A DNA stretch of 64,000 bases from assembly GCA_012514645.1 (NCBI GenBank), contig JAAYZW010000107.1, positions 4,599-68,598 of the forward strand, written 5' to 3'. The notes below the pieces were generated by a model, which made no database searches, was not told where the DNA came from, and worked only from the letters and a program-made list of their open reading frames with translations. The stretch's first letter is position 1; every line of letters begins with the position of its first letter. Of this stretch, positions 9,384-18,986 are shown piece after piece. The stretch comes from Chloroflexota bacterium. GTDB lineage: Bacteria > Chloroflexota > Anaerolineae > Anaerolineales > Anaerolineaceae. A program made the translations under genes and the position numbers.

Positions 9384-12300
9384 CTATTCATCGTCGTCAT
9401 CTTCGAACAAATCTTCGTCATCGTCTAAATCGATTTCGAAATCATCTTCATCCTCATCTGAAAATTCTTCGTCGTCGAGCGGGAGGTCATCGAGCAAATC
9501 TTCTTCTTCCTCTTCCTCGTCGAGCTCTTCGTCATCTTCAGAGCTCAAAGAAGCTTCCAGCTCGTCCAGCCCTTCAAGATCGACATCATCGTAGAGATGT
9601 TCATCTTCTTCCTCAATAAAATCATCCTCTTCAGTTTCAGGGAAGATGTTCAGTTGTTGCACTTCGATGTCAGGCTTACCTGGTGTAACCTCGTCCATTG
9701 CCTGGTCAAAGCGCCCTTCCACAAAGCCGGTGCCGGCAGGGATCAGCTTGCCGATGATGACGTTTTCTTTCAAACCATAGAGTGGGTCAACCTTCGAGCT
9801 GACAGCAGCCTCTGCCAGCACCTTGATGGTGTGTTGGAAGGACGATGCCGACAGGAAGGAGTCTGTATTCAATGACGCTTTCGAAACACCCAACAGAATT
9901 TCGGTGAAGCGTGCCGGGCGTTGCCCCTTCAGACGCAGCTCTTCATTCTCCTTGCGAATCTCCAGCCGATCAACCAGATCACCCGGCAAGTAGGCGGTAT
10001 CGCCAGGAGCGGTGATTTGTACTTTGGCGAGCATCTTGCGGATAATCACTTCAAAATGCTTGTCATTGATGTTTTGACCCTGCGTGCGATAAACCTGCTG
10101 AATTTCCTTGAGCAAGTACAATTCAGTCGCATCGCGACCTTTGATCTTCAGGATCGTGTGCGGGTTCATTGAACCTTCAGTCAGAGGCTGACCAGCTTCA
10201 ACCGTCTGCCCATCTTTGGCAATCACGCGGGCGGTAGAGGGGATTTCATAATCTTGCGATTGCTTGTCTTCATACGAAACAATCACTCGGCGTCCCTCAA
10301 TCCGAACACGTCCGGCGTTGCTGACAGAGATGTTGGTCTCGTCATGGCTGGCGATCACCGCATTTGCTTTCAGCTCGTCTTCATCACTAACCTTGATCTC
10401 GTAATCGTCAGGGATCTCGTAAGTGTCAGAGACCATGACAGAGTTTTCCACGTGGGCAGTTCGCTGATCTGGGTTTTTCTCCGATTGCAGAATCGAAACC
10501 ACACCTTCAATTTCACTAACAACTGCTTCGTCCTTCGGTGCCCTGCGGGCTTCAAAAAGTTCTTCAACCCTGGGCAGACCGGTCGTGATGTCACTGCCAG
10601 CGGCAACACCACCGGTATGGAAGGTGCGCAGGGTCAGTTGGGTACCTGGCTCACCGATCGATTGCGCGGCAACGATTCCAACAGCAGAACCAAGCATGAC
10701 CATCTCGCCGCGACCCAGGTCGGTGCCGTAACAGCGGGCACAAATACCATGAACGAGCTCACAAGTTAGCGGGCTGCGCACGTAAACATCCTGGATACCA
10801 GCTTGCATCAGTGCCTGAATTATATCTTTGGTAATCAGTTCATTGCGTTCTGCAATGATCTCACCGGTTTCAGGATGAACCAGTCTCTTTGCCAACAGGC
10901 GTCCAATTAAACGATCGCCATATGGCTGACCGGCAATATCATCCGCCTGGTGAACCCAAATGCCTTCTTCTGTGCCACATTCCTCATTATTAATGATGAT
11001 ATCCTGAGCAACGTCAACGAGACGGCGGGTAAGATAACCGGCTTCAGCAGTACGCAAAGCGGTATCAGCCAGACCTTTACGGGTACCGTGAGTCGAGATG
11101 AAATACTCGAGCGCTGACAAGCCTTCGCGGAAGTTGGAGCGGATCGGCATCGGAATAATACGCCCTGAAGGGTCCGCCACCAGACCGCGCATTCCAGCCA
11201 TCTGTGAAATCGGACTAAAGCCACCCTTGGTCGCGCCAGATTGAGCCATCGTCGAGAGGTTCCCAGCTTTGTCCAGGTGGTGTCTCACAGCCTGACCGAC
11301 CTTATTGGTGGTTGATTGCCAGACATCGATAATGCGTGTATTTTGTTCGGCATCGGTCAATTTGCCGCGTTTGTATGCTTTCTCAATATTGACAACTTCT
11401 TCAAGTGCTTCCTCGATATACTGTTTCTTCTCCGGAGGCACGGTGATGTCTGAAACCGACAGGGTCGAGCCGGACTGTGTGGCATAGCGGAAACCAATAT
11501 CTTTCACGCTGTCCGCGATCCGGGTGGTTTCTTCCAAACCTTCTGTGTCATAAATCTCACTGATCAGATCACGCACACCACCCTTTTCGAGGGGCATGTT
11601 GATGAATTGACTCTTCTCAGACAAAATATCATTAAAGATTGCCCGACCGACGGTAGTGTCAATAAGCCGGGTTTCAGCTTCTGGCAAGCGGTCATGATTA
11701 TCATCAAACCAGGTTTTGACCCGAAGCTTGATACGGGTATGCACTTTTACTTGTTCCAGCTGATAGGCTAAAAGAACTTCGTTAATCGTGCCAAAGATCC
11801 GAAGCACCCCATTTTGCGGAGTGGGGGGTTCCATGGTCAGGTAATAAACACCCAGAACCATATCCTTCGCAGGAGAGATGACAGGTTCACCACTTGCTGG
11901 CTTGAGCAGATTCTTGCTGGCAAGCATCAGTTCGCGAGCCTCATAAACCGCTTTTTCCGAGAGAGGCACATGCACAGCCATCTGGTCACCGTCAAAGTCA
12001 GCATTAAACGCTGTAGTCACCAAGGGGTGCAGTTGTATCGCGCTTCCCTCAACCAGCACGGGCTCGAATGCCTGGATACCGAGGCGGTGAAGTGTTGGGG
12101 CGCGATTGAGCAAGACCGGGCGGTCTTTAATCACTTCTTCGAGCACTTCCCAGACTTCGGGTCGGTTGCGTTCGATAAATTTCTTGGCACCCTTGATGTT
12201 GCTGGTGTACTTGCGCTGTTCCAGCCCGGCAATCACGAAGGGGCGGTAAAGCTCCAGTGCCATGGTCTTGGGCAGACCACACTGATACAGCTTAAGATGC

Positions 12301-13883
12301 GGACCAACCACGATCACCGAACGACCGGAATAGTCAACTCGTTTACCGAGCAGGTTACGGCGGAAGCGCCCTTTCTTGCCCTTGAGCATATCGGAGAGAG
12401 AGCGCAATTCACGGCGACCACGCCGTGAAAGCAGGCGACCACGCTGGGAGTTGTCGATCAGAGAATCGACTGCTTCCTGGAGCATACGTTTTTCGTTTCG
12501 CACGATCACATCCGGCGCGCCCAATTCGAGCAGTCTCTTTAGGCGGTTGTTGCGGTTGATCACACGGCGGTAAAGGTCATTCAGGTCAGATGTCGCAAAA
12601 CGACCACCGTCCAGCTGAACCATCGGTCGCAGGTCAGGAGGAATAACCGGCAAAACGGTCATAATCATCCATTCCGGGCGGTTCGTCGAACGGCGAAAAG
12701 CCTCAACCACCTTCAGGCGGCTGGTTGCTTTCTTACGTTTTTGCTTGCTCTTGGTAGTTCGGGCTTCAGTCCAAAGCTGCTCTGAAAGAGCATCCAGGTC
12801 CATACGGCGCAGGATGTCATAGAATGCCTCAGCGCCCATATCTGCCTTGAAGACGTTGCCCCATTTTTGTTTCAACTCGCGGTAGCGCGATTCACTCATA
12901 AAGGTGAAAGGTTCGAGCTCTTCCAATTCTTCTTTCTTAAGCGCGTTCTCTGAGCTGGTAATGCCTTTTTCATCGACCAACTGGTTGCGCAGTGCCTCCA
13001 TCTCCTCTTCGGCTTCAGCTTTTAAGGACGCCTTCTCTTCACCAAACTTTTCGATTCGTTCACTGCGTTCGTTCTTCAAACCTCTCTCGAGCGATTCCAT
13101 TCGCTCTCGCACGAGGTCTTGAACATCGGCAACGTGGTTTGCGGTCACAGTCTGACCGGGCTCCACGATGGTTTTTGTTATACCTTCAACTTCAAAGACA
13201 ATCGCTTTGCGGATTGTCTTGCCAAACTTTTCGTTCAATTCGCGTTCCCGATCCTGTCCTTCCGAGATAACCGGCTCAAACAGGCTGGCAACTTTTTCAT
13301 CATATTCGTTTTCAACCGCCGCAATCTGCGCGTCCAGTTCTTTCAATCGGGAGTCTCGTTGTTTCTTGACTTCAGCAATTTTATTGTTCAATTGTTCACC
13401 GAGCTCGGCAACAGTAACACTGCTTTCTTCTTCCAGACGTTTTAGCGCTTTCTGGCGGGCATCCATGTCAACGTAGGTGACAATGTATTGCGCGAAATAA
13501 AGCACGCGATCCAAATTCTTGCGGGAAATGTCCAGAAGCAAACCCAAGTACGAAGGAATGCGCCTAGTGTACCAAATATGCGCAACAGGCGCAGCCAGGT
13601 CGATATGACCCATCCGCTCACGACGTACAGATGATTTGGTTACTTCTACACCACATTTGTCGCAAATGATCCCCTTATAACGAGGGTTCTTGTATTTGCC
13701 ACAATAGCATTGCCAATCGCGGGTGGGACCAAAGATGGCTTCGCAGAATAAACCGTCTTTTTCCGGTCGTAATCTGCGGTAATTGATCGTTTCGGGTTTA
13801 AGGACTTCACCATAAGACCAACTTCGGATCACTTCAGGTGAAGCAAGATTAATGCGCAGTGCTTTCATTGATTTTGTTTCCAC
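9384..13883 (-). CDS. rpoC: DNA-directed RNA polymerase subunit beta-prime
   Basis: 1499 aa. Contains [12 protein letters not shown] (the catalytic Mg site), a zinc-binding [20 protein letters not shown] block and [24 protein letters not shown]. The GTG start at 13883 lies 5 nt after a GGAGG site; an alternative ATG lies at 13868. Confidence 0.95.
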   Translation of the reverse strand: METKSMKALRINLASPEVIRSWSYGEVLKPETINYRRLRPEKDGLFCEAIFGPTRDWQCYCGKYKNPRYKGIICDKCGVEVTKSSVRRERMGHIDLAAPVAHIWYTRRIPSYLGLLLDISRKNLDRVLYFAQYIVTYVDMDARQKALKRLEEESSVTVAELGEQLNNKIAEVKKQRDSRLKELDAQIAAVENEYDEKVASLFEPVISEGQDRERELNEKFGKTIRKAIVFEVEGITKTIVEPGQTVTANHVADVQDLVRERMESLERGLKNERSERIEKFGEEKASLKAEAEEEMEALRNQLVDEKGITSSENALKKEELEELEPFTFMSESRYRELKQKWGNVFKADMGAEAFYDILRRMDLDALSEQLWTEARTTKSKQKRKKATSRLKVVEAFRRSTNRPEWMIMTVLPVIPPDLRPMVQLDGGRFATSDLNDLYRRVINRNNRLKRLLELGAPDVIVRNEKRMLQEAVDSLIDNSQRGRLLSRRGRRELRSLSDMLKGKKGRFRRNLLGKRVDYSGRSVIVVGPHLKLYQCGLPKTMALELYRPFVIAGLEQRKYTSNIKGAKKFIERNRPEVWEVLEEVIKDRPVLLNRAPTLHRLGIQAFEPVLVEGSAIQLHPLVTTAFNADFDGDQMAVHVPLSEKAVYEARELMLASKNLLKPASGEPVISPAKDMVLGVYYLTMEPPTPQNGVLRIFGTINEVLLAYQLEQVKVHTRIKLRVKTWFDDNHDRLPEAETRLIDTTVGRAIFNDILSEKSQFINMPLEKGGVRDLISEIYDTEGLEETTRIADSVKDIGFRYATQSGSTLSVSDITVPPEKKQYIEEALEEVVNIEKAYKRGKLTDAEQNTRIIDVWQSTTNKVGQAVRHHLDKAGNLSTMAQSGATKGGFSPISQMAGMRGLVADPSGRIIPMPIRSNFREGLSALEYFISTHGTRKGLADTALRTAEAGYLTRRLVDVAQDIIINNEECGTEEGIWVHQADDIAGQPYGDRLIGRLLAKRLVHPETGEIIAERNELITKDIIQALMQAGIQDVYVRSPLTCELVHGICARCYGTDLGRGEMVMLGSAVGIVAAQSIGEPGTQLTLRTFHTGGVAAGSDITTGLPRVEELFEARRAPKDEAVVSEIEGVVSILQSEKNPDQRTAHVENSVMVSDTYEIPDDYEIKVSDEDELKANAVIASHDETNISVSNAGRVRIEGRRVIVSYEDKQSQDYEIPSTARVIAKDGQTVEAGQPLTEGSMNPHTILKIKGRDATELYLLKEIQQVYRTQGQNINDKHFEVIIRKMLAKVQITAPGDTAYLPGDLVDRLEIRKENEELRLKGQRPARFTEILLGVSKASLNTDSFLSASSFQHTIKVLAEAAVSSKVDPLYGLKENVIIGKLIPAGTGFVEGRFDQAMDEVTPGKPDIEVQQLNIFPETEEDDFIEEEDEHLYDDVDLEGLDELEASLSSEDDEELDEEEEEEDLLDDLPLDDEEFSDEDEDDFEIDLDDDEDLFEDDDDE

Positions 13884-13985
13884 TCATACCTCCATACGGT
13901 GAGGATATTTTAAGACACGAAAAACCTGCTGGAATCCCTAAATCCAGAGTTTTTTCGTTTGTATCGTATATTTTCGCAAACTAAA

Positions 13986-14014
13986 ATTATATAATTAATC
14001 TCTATCTTCGTCAA
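13986..14014 (-). promoter_or_regulatory. Consensus sigma70-type promoter upstream of rpoC
   Basis: The minus strand reads TTGACG (14014..14009), 17 nt, TATAAT (13991..13986). This predicts a ~95-nt leader before the rpoC start. Confidence 0.65.
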
Positions 14015-14130
14015 GTATAAATTGGGTTCGGTTTGTATATGGTCTGCGCTTTCCTCCAGGCACCCTCAGGGGCTGAAACTCCTCAGGTTGTATCCATTAA
14101 TTATCGCATCTATATCGCGCTACGTATAGT

Positions 14131-16524
14131 TTACGACGGTTTTTGAAGTCCATCAAGGCGGTGTAGAGGAATGTCGAGGTAAAACAAGCTGCCTGACCCC
14201 AGTTTGCTTTCCACGCTGATGCTGCCGCCGTGTTTTTCTGCGATTGATTTTACAATCGCTAATCCGAGCCCCTGCCCTCGATTTTCGAAATTTGGCTCAT
14301 CGTCGATATAGAAGAAACGGTCGAAAATTTGGGCCTGATCCAGCGGCGCGATCCCTTTCCCATGATCCTGCACGGTAATATGCATCCATGAGGCGTTTTT
14401 CTCAGCCTTGATCAGAACCGTCTCGCCCCTTGGGCTGAAATTGATCGCGTTTTCGAGGAGGTTATAAATAGCTTGCTGCAGCAGGATCCGGTCAGCGGAG
14501 ATGTAGGGCGATTTGATCGAGCTATAATCGGTATTGACCGCGATTTTCCTTTGCTGCGCATGGACAGCCAGCATTTTTACGGTTTCGTCAATCACTTCCT
14601 TGATGTCAAAAGTCGAATAGACCATTCCGGCATCGGCATCCAGGCGCTCCATATCGAGCATTTTATTCACCAGCCGGCGCATGTCTTCGATATTGGTATC
14701 CAACCGGTTCAACAAAACTTCCTGTTGATCACTCAAATTACCTGTGTATCTGATCAGGCTGGTAAACCCTTTCATCAACTTAAGCGGTGAGCGCAAGTCA
14801 TGGTTGATGTTGCTGAGAAACTCATTTTTGTCTTTATTGGCTTGGTTAACTTGCTGAAGATCTTTCAAATAAATGACTGTTCCGTTCTCGCTGCCTTCCA
14901 ACGCAACCGGGTAAGCCTCAACACCATACTCTTTTTGGTTGGAAAGCGTGATCTTGCTGGTTTTACTTTGACCAGGTTTACTTCCAGTCAATTCAACCAA
15001 GCGAGACTGGACAATTTGTTTGCCGTCCGCACCACTTTGGATCAACCCAACCGCGCCCTCAACGAGTTCTTTACTGGAAAGGTTCTGCAAAAGGATAGTG
15101 CCCTTTTTGTCGACCACTAACAATGGGTCCGGGATGGAGTTGAGCACTTCGTAATACCAATTCTTTTCAGTTCGAATTCTAATAATCTCTTCTTTGGTTT
15201 TCAGGGTCGCCGAAGCTCTGAATGCGAGTTCTTTATAAAAGGCGAGTTCCTCGCTGCTGATCCACTGATTTTCTTCAAAACCGACCCACAAGATGCCTTG
15301 CGATACTGAGCCTCCAATGAGCTGCAGGGCAACCAGCGCCTGTGGGTATGGCGTACCCGGCGTTAGCCCGAAATATTGATCGACCTTAATATTGCTGAGC
15401 ACCAATTGCTCCTGGTCGGCGATCTTTTCGAGGATTAAGGTGTCCAGGTAGGCATAATTGCGGGTTTGCTCACCTTGCCCGGTGCGCAAGCGCATCTCCG
15501 GTTTGCGATTGTGAGCCCTGCTTTCCAGCAGCACAATACGGGCAGAACTGGCATTTCGCGTCAGGGCTGCACGCAGAATTGATGACATCACCAAGTCGTA
15601 TCCTTCGCGCGAATAATGCGTTGGATCCAGCGAAAGCAGACGCGACTGCGTGTCAGATCGTATCTGCAGGCTCTTCCGCAGGCTTTCCAGTGAGTTAAAA
15701 ATGACTTTTTCTCCAGTGGTTCGGGGAGAAGCTGTGATTTCGTGGTCGTAGTTTCCCTGGCTAAGCTGATCAATTTGCTCGATTGCGGAGGTGAACACGC
15801 TGCCATTGCCTTGATCAACCAGTAAGCTCTTGGGCTTCCATTCATCACACAGATAACGAATGAAAAAGTAAAGCGCGCTAGCACTAATAATCAATTCAGG
15901 CAAATGTGAGACCCATTGCAAAATCGACTGGCTGAGAATGGCGATCACATCTCTTAAGCCGTGCACAAAAGCGAGATTAAAATGCCAGAGCATCCAAAAT
16001 GGCAGGCTAAGCATGCCGGTTTCAAACAATTTGCTTAAAACCGTGCGCCAGTTACTGACATCTTCAATCGCATTGTTGAGCATCACCGTGAAAAGCAGAC
16101 TCATGCCCGGATAAAAAAGCAGCGGTGAAATGTCCAGCCCGAATGCCAGCATCTGTCCTATTCCGGTCAGCATCCCGATCGCCATACCCGCGAGCGGTCC
16201 AACTGTTCCGACAGCGATCAATACCGGTGCCAGGCTGAGCAAGGGCACAACCGGGGCATAAAAACTGCCAGCGAAGCCTAACACCTCACCGTCAAAAGGA
16301 CGCACAACCGCGAACAAAAATGGCAAGACCAACAGGGTCAGGATGTATAGCCAGCGGTTTCGAAATATTCCTCTATGGTTGCTGAAATTGACATGCCTGG
16401 CTGTAACGAGAACCAAAGCTCCCACGTAGATAACCAGGAAAAACAAAGAAACAGGGTTGAATCTTTGTTGATTCAAGCTCGCGTTAAGCAGTGTTAATAG
16501 TTTCCCCGGGAATGCTCTTATCAT
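14131..16524 (-). CDS. Sensor histidine kinase with multi-pass membrane N-terminal domain plus GAF/PAS-like modules
   Basis: 797 aa. About 230 hydrophobic N-terminal residues, an H-box FLSNINHDLRSPL, an N-box LLENAINFSP and a G-box GQGLGLAIVKSIAEKHGG. Confidence 0.85.
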   Translation of the reverse strand: MIRAFPGKLLTLLNASLNQQRFNPVSLFFLVIYVGALVLVTARHVNFSNHRGIFRNRWLYILTLLVLPFLFAVVRPFDGEVLGFAGSFYAPVVPLLSLAPVLIAVGTVGPLAGMAIGMLTGIGQMLAFGLDISPLLFYPGMSLLFTVMLNNAIEDVSNWRTVLSKLFETGMLSLPFWMLWHFNLAFVHGLRDVIAILSQSILQWVSHLPELIISASALYFFIRYLCDEWKPKSLLVDQGNGSVFTSAIEQIDQLSQGNYDHEITASPRTTGEKVIFNSLESLRKSLQIRSDTQSRLLSLDPTHYSREGYDLVMSSILRAALTRNASSARIVLLESRAHNRKPEMRLRTGQGEQTRNYAYLDTLILEKIADQEQLVLSNIKVDQYFGLTPGTPYPQALVALQLIGGSVSQGILWVGFEENQWISSEELAFYKELAFRASATLKTKEEIIRIRTEKNWYYEVLNSIPDPLLVVDKKGTILLQNLSSKELVEGAVGLIQSGADGKQIVQSRLVELTGSKPGQSKTSKITLSNQKEYGVEAYPVALEGSENGTVIYLKDLQQVNQANKDKNEFLSNINHDLRSPLKLMKGFTSLIRYTGNLSDQQEVLLNRLDTNIEDMRRLVNKMLDMERLDADAGMVYSTFDIKEVIDETVKMLAVHAQQRKIAVNTDYSSIKSPYISADRILLQQAIYNLLENAINFSPRGETVLIKAEKNASWMHITVQDHGKGIAPLDQAQIFDRFFYIDDEPNFENRGQGLGLAIVKSIAEKHGGSISVESKLGSGSLFYLDIPLHRLDGLQKPS

Positions 16525-16571
16525 GATAGGAATTATAGCATGTCAGTGCAGCGAATTACCTATCAAAGCCT

Positions 16572-17270
16572 CTATCTTTGGGCGATTATCCTCATAACAT
16601 GTTCGACAACTTCATAAACGGTCATGTCATCAGAGTTTACGATAACGGCGTCATCAGCCGCACGCAGTGGCGCAATTGATCTGCCAGAATCGATCTCATC
16701 GCGATGCCGCAGGGATTCCTCAATATCCACCAGGCATACTTTCTTCCCTCTGCCAAGTTCCTCGACATAGCGGCGCTGGGCGCGCACCTCAACGCTCGCT
16801 TCCAGGTAAATTTTCAGGTCAGCATCAGGCAGCACAACCGTGCCAATATCCCTGCCGATCATGACAATGCGCCCGTTTTTGGCAATTTCGCGCTGCAGCT
16901 CGGTCATCGCGCCTCGCACTCTTGGATAAACCGACACCTCTGAAACGACCTGGTTAACCTCCGGAGAGCGAATATGCCAGGTATGGTCTGCCCCATCAAT
17001 GAGCACATCAAATTGGCGTCCGTCTTCTTCGCTGGCGTGTCGAATATCAATTTTTATTCGCTCTGACAGTGCACTGATTTTTTCTGCATCAAAGACATCA
17101 ATGCCCTCTCGCAATGCTTTACATGCGACTGCCCGATACATGATACCGGTATCCAGGCAAATGTAATCCAGCCGGTTGGCAATCAGATTACCAATGGTCG
17201 ACTTGCCAGAGGCAGCCGGACCGTCAATGGCGATGATATTGGGAGGGTTTGGAATTACCTGTTCACACAT
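16572..17270 (-). CDS. cmk: Cytidylate kinase
   Basis: IAIDGPAASGKSTIGNLIA P-loop followed by LDTGIMYRAV. Confidence 0.9.
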   Translation of the reverse strand: MCEQVIPNPPNIIAIDGPAASGKSTIGNLIANRLDYICLDTGIMYRAVACKALREGIDVFDAEKISALSERIKIDIRHASEEDGRQFDVLIDGADHTWHIRSPEVNQVVSEVSVYPRVRGAMTELQREIAKNGRIVMIGRDIGTVVLPDADLKIYLEASVEVRAQRRYVEELGRGKKVCLVDIEESLRHRDEIDSGRSIAPLRAADDAVIVNSDDMTVYEVVEHVMRIIAQR

Positions 17271-17273
17271 ATA

Positions 17274-18986
17274 TTATTGGGAAGCTCCTGTAAATAAATT
17301 CAAACGAACCCACAAGACACCTTTTTGGTCCAGTAATACTGGCTTCTTGCCGGCGAGAGCTTGCAGATAGATAACGCCTGGACCATTACGCCAGTCTACA
17401 GTCCTTTCCAAAACGACGTTAGTGCCCCTGAATTCTTCGTCTTCTTGTAATAAGCTCTCGCTGCGACTCATAACGATGCTGACATCATCATGGTTTCGTG
17501 CGATTCCGAAATCGCGGAAGTGCCACGCATAACCGTCGGGCAGATTTTGTAGAGCAAAATCACCTGCTTGTTGAAGGCTTCTTCCGCTCAATTCAAAATC
17601 GCGAATGAGCATTTCAATATCGTTATTCGGGAGGACCAGGTAATTATCAAGGTATTCGAGTGAGGCAATTTGTTGATCTGCCTTCAGGCTTCGGAAACTC
17701 TTTCCAAGGGTGATGATTGCCAGGAAAACAAGCAAAGTCACCAGAAAAACGCGGGAGGTGTCAGTCGTGGACCAGCTAAATCGCACAAGCCACCAGGCAG
17801 TAATCAGCAAAACAATTCCAGCAATAATCATCAGGAAAACATTCCAAAACTGGGGAGAGCCAACTGGTTGATCGATGAGCCGGCTGATATTCAACTTGAT
17901 AAAGATCAGAATTGTTATTACAAAAACCGCCAAAAGTGGTTTTAGCCCCCATGGTTTCAAATCTTCCAGTTCAAGTTGAGCCAACCAAAAGGCACCGCCA
18001 ATCCAGGAGATCAAGACCGGGATGAGCGTCAGCTCAAAACTTTCCCGGGATAACACCATGCACAAAATCATTGTGATTATGATAGAAGCCCCGCCAAAGT
18101 TATAAAAGCTGGCACCCCGCGATTTCCGTATCCTGATATAACCAAGAATGAAAAGCGTAAAAGGTAAGTAGCTATGCGCAATTTGTAGGTAAATCGTATG
18201 GTAAAGTGCTTTATCAAAAGAATGGGTGAAATTGTCGATAGACCCAATCACGCTGCTTGCCAACCCGCTCAACCCGGAAGGATTCAGGAAAAAACTGGTC
18301 AGCGTTAGCACGGCAAAGGCGATGAAACCAAGCAGCACTTCCAACCAATTGATCTTTTGGTCAGTGTGGGTAACCAATCGGAATTCGTCCAGCAAGTCCG
18401 GTCGCACGGTTTTAATCAGCAGCCACGTGACCACCAGCACAATCAGGATGCTCCAGAAAACCTGCCCTGAAAGGAAAGCGAGGGCGGCACAGATGCCAGC
18501 CAAAATCGGTTTGTTCTTTCTCAGGCAGGTGAAGGACCATAACACCCCGGCGATTGCAAAGATTCCCCCATTGACTGCCCTTGAGAAAAGCAGATATGTG
18601 GGGTCGAGTGCCAGGGCAATACTGAGAATCAAAGCCGTCCTGGTGCCTAATTTTTCTTTCCAGAGCGCCGGCAACAATATCAATGATGCACCAATCAAAG
18701 CTGGAAAAAGCCGAGCAAGGAAGTTATTGGCACCCAATAAGAAAAACATCACACCGGTTAAGCCGGTGTAAGCCGGTACAGCGCTGGTCGTAGTGCTCAT
18801 TCCGCGGCTTATCTGCAGCGCTTGGTTGATCAGTTCCAGTTCGTTTTGAGCGTAAACCATACCTTCCAGAAAACCCAGACGCAAAAACAACCCCACCAGG
18901 AAAGCAAGTGAAAACCATACTGAAGCGTTCTTAAACCAGGGTTTGGTGTTTGTTTCTACTAAGGGTTCTGTTTGTGCAGTCATCAT
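17274..18986 (-). CDS. Multi-pass membrane protein, GT-C-like (putative polyprenyl-phosphate-dependent glycosyltransferase)
   Basis: 570 aa with about 12 or more hydrophobic segments. The pattern LLGANNFLARLFPALIGASLILLPALWKEKLG...DPTYLLFSR resembles the ArnT/PMT_2 core. The start overlaps the upstream stop (ATGA). Confidence 0.45.
   Translation of the reverse strand: MMTAQTEPLVETNTKPWFKNASVWFSLAFLVGLFLRLGFLEGMVYAQNELELINQALQISRGMSTTTSAVPAYTGLTGVMFFLLGANNFLARLFPALIGASLILLPALWKEKLGTRTALILSIALALDPTYLLFSRAVNGGIFAIAGVLWSFTCLRKNKPILAGICAALAFLSGQVFWSILIVLVVTWLLIKTVRPDLLDEFRLVTHTDQKINWLEVLLGFIAFAVLTLTSFFLNPSGLSGLASSVIGSIDNFTHSFDKALYHTIYLQIAHSYLPFTLFILGYIRIRKSRGASFYNFGGASIIITMILCMVLSRESFELTLIPVLISWIGGAFWLAQLELEDLKPWGLKPLLAVFVITILIFIKLNISRLIDQPVGSPQFWNVFLMIIAGIVLLITAWWLVRFSWSTTDTSRVFLVTLLVFLAIITLGKSFRSLKADQQIASLEYLDNYLVLPNNDIEMLIRDFELSGRSLQQAGDFALQNLPDGYAWHFRDFGIARNHDDVSIVMSRSESLLQEDEEFRGTNVVLERTVDWRNGPGVIYLQALAGKKPVLLDQKGVLWVRLNLFTGASQ

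Noticed and set aside
9367-9594. Plus-strand 75-aa ORF encoding an almost pure poly-serine peptide
   Set aside because: It is the antisense reading of the GAA/GAT/GAC-rich acidic tail of rpoC, so it is a compositional mirror artefact rather than an independent gene.
13919-13956. Hairpin with a flanking T/A run in the rpoC leader, considered as the terminator of the upstream kinase gene
   Set aside because: The stem is short, AU-rich and interrupted. It also lies downstream of the consensus rpoC promoter, so it cannot cleanly terminate the kinase transcript. It is kept only as a speculative leader structure in the rpoC finding.
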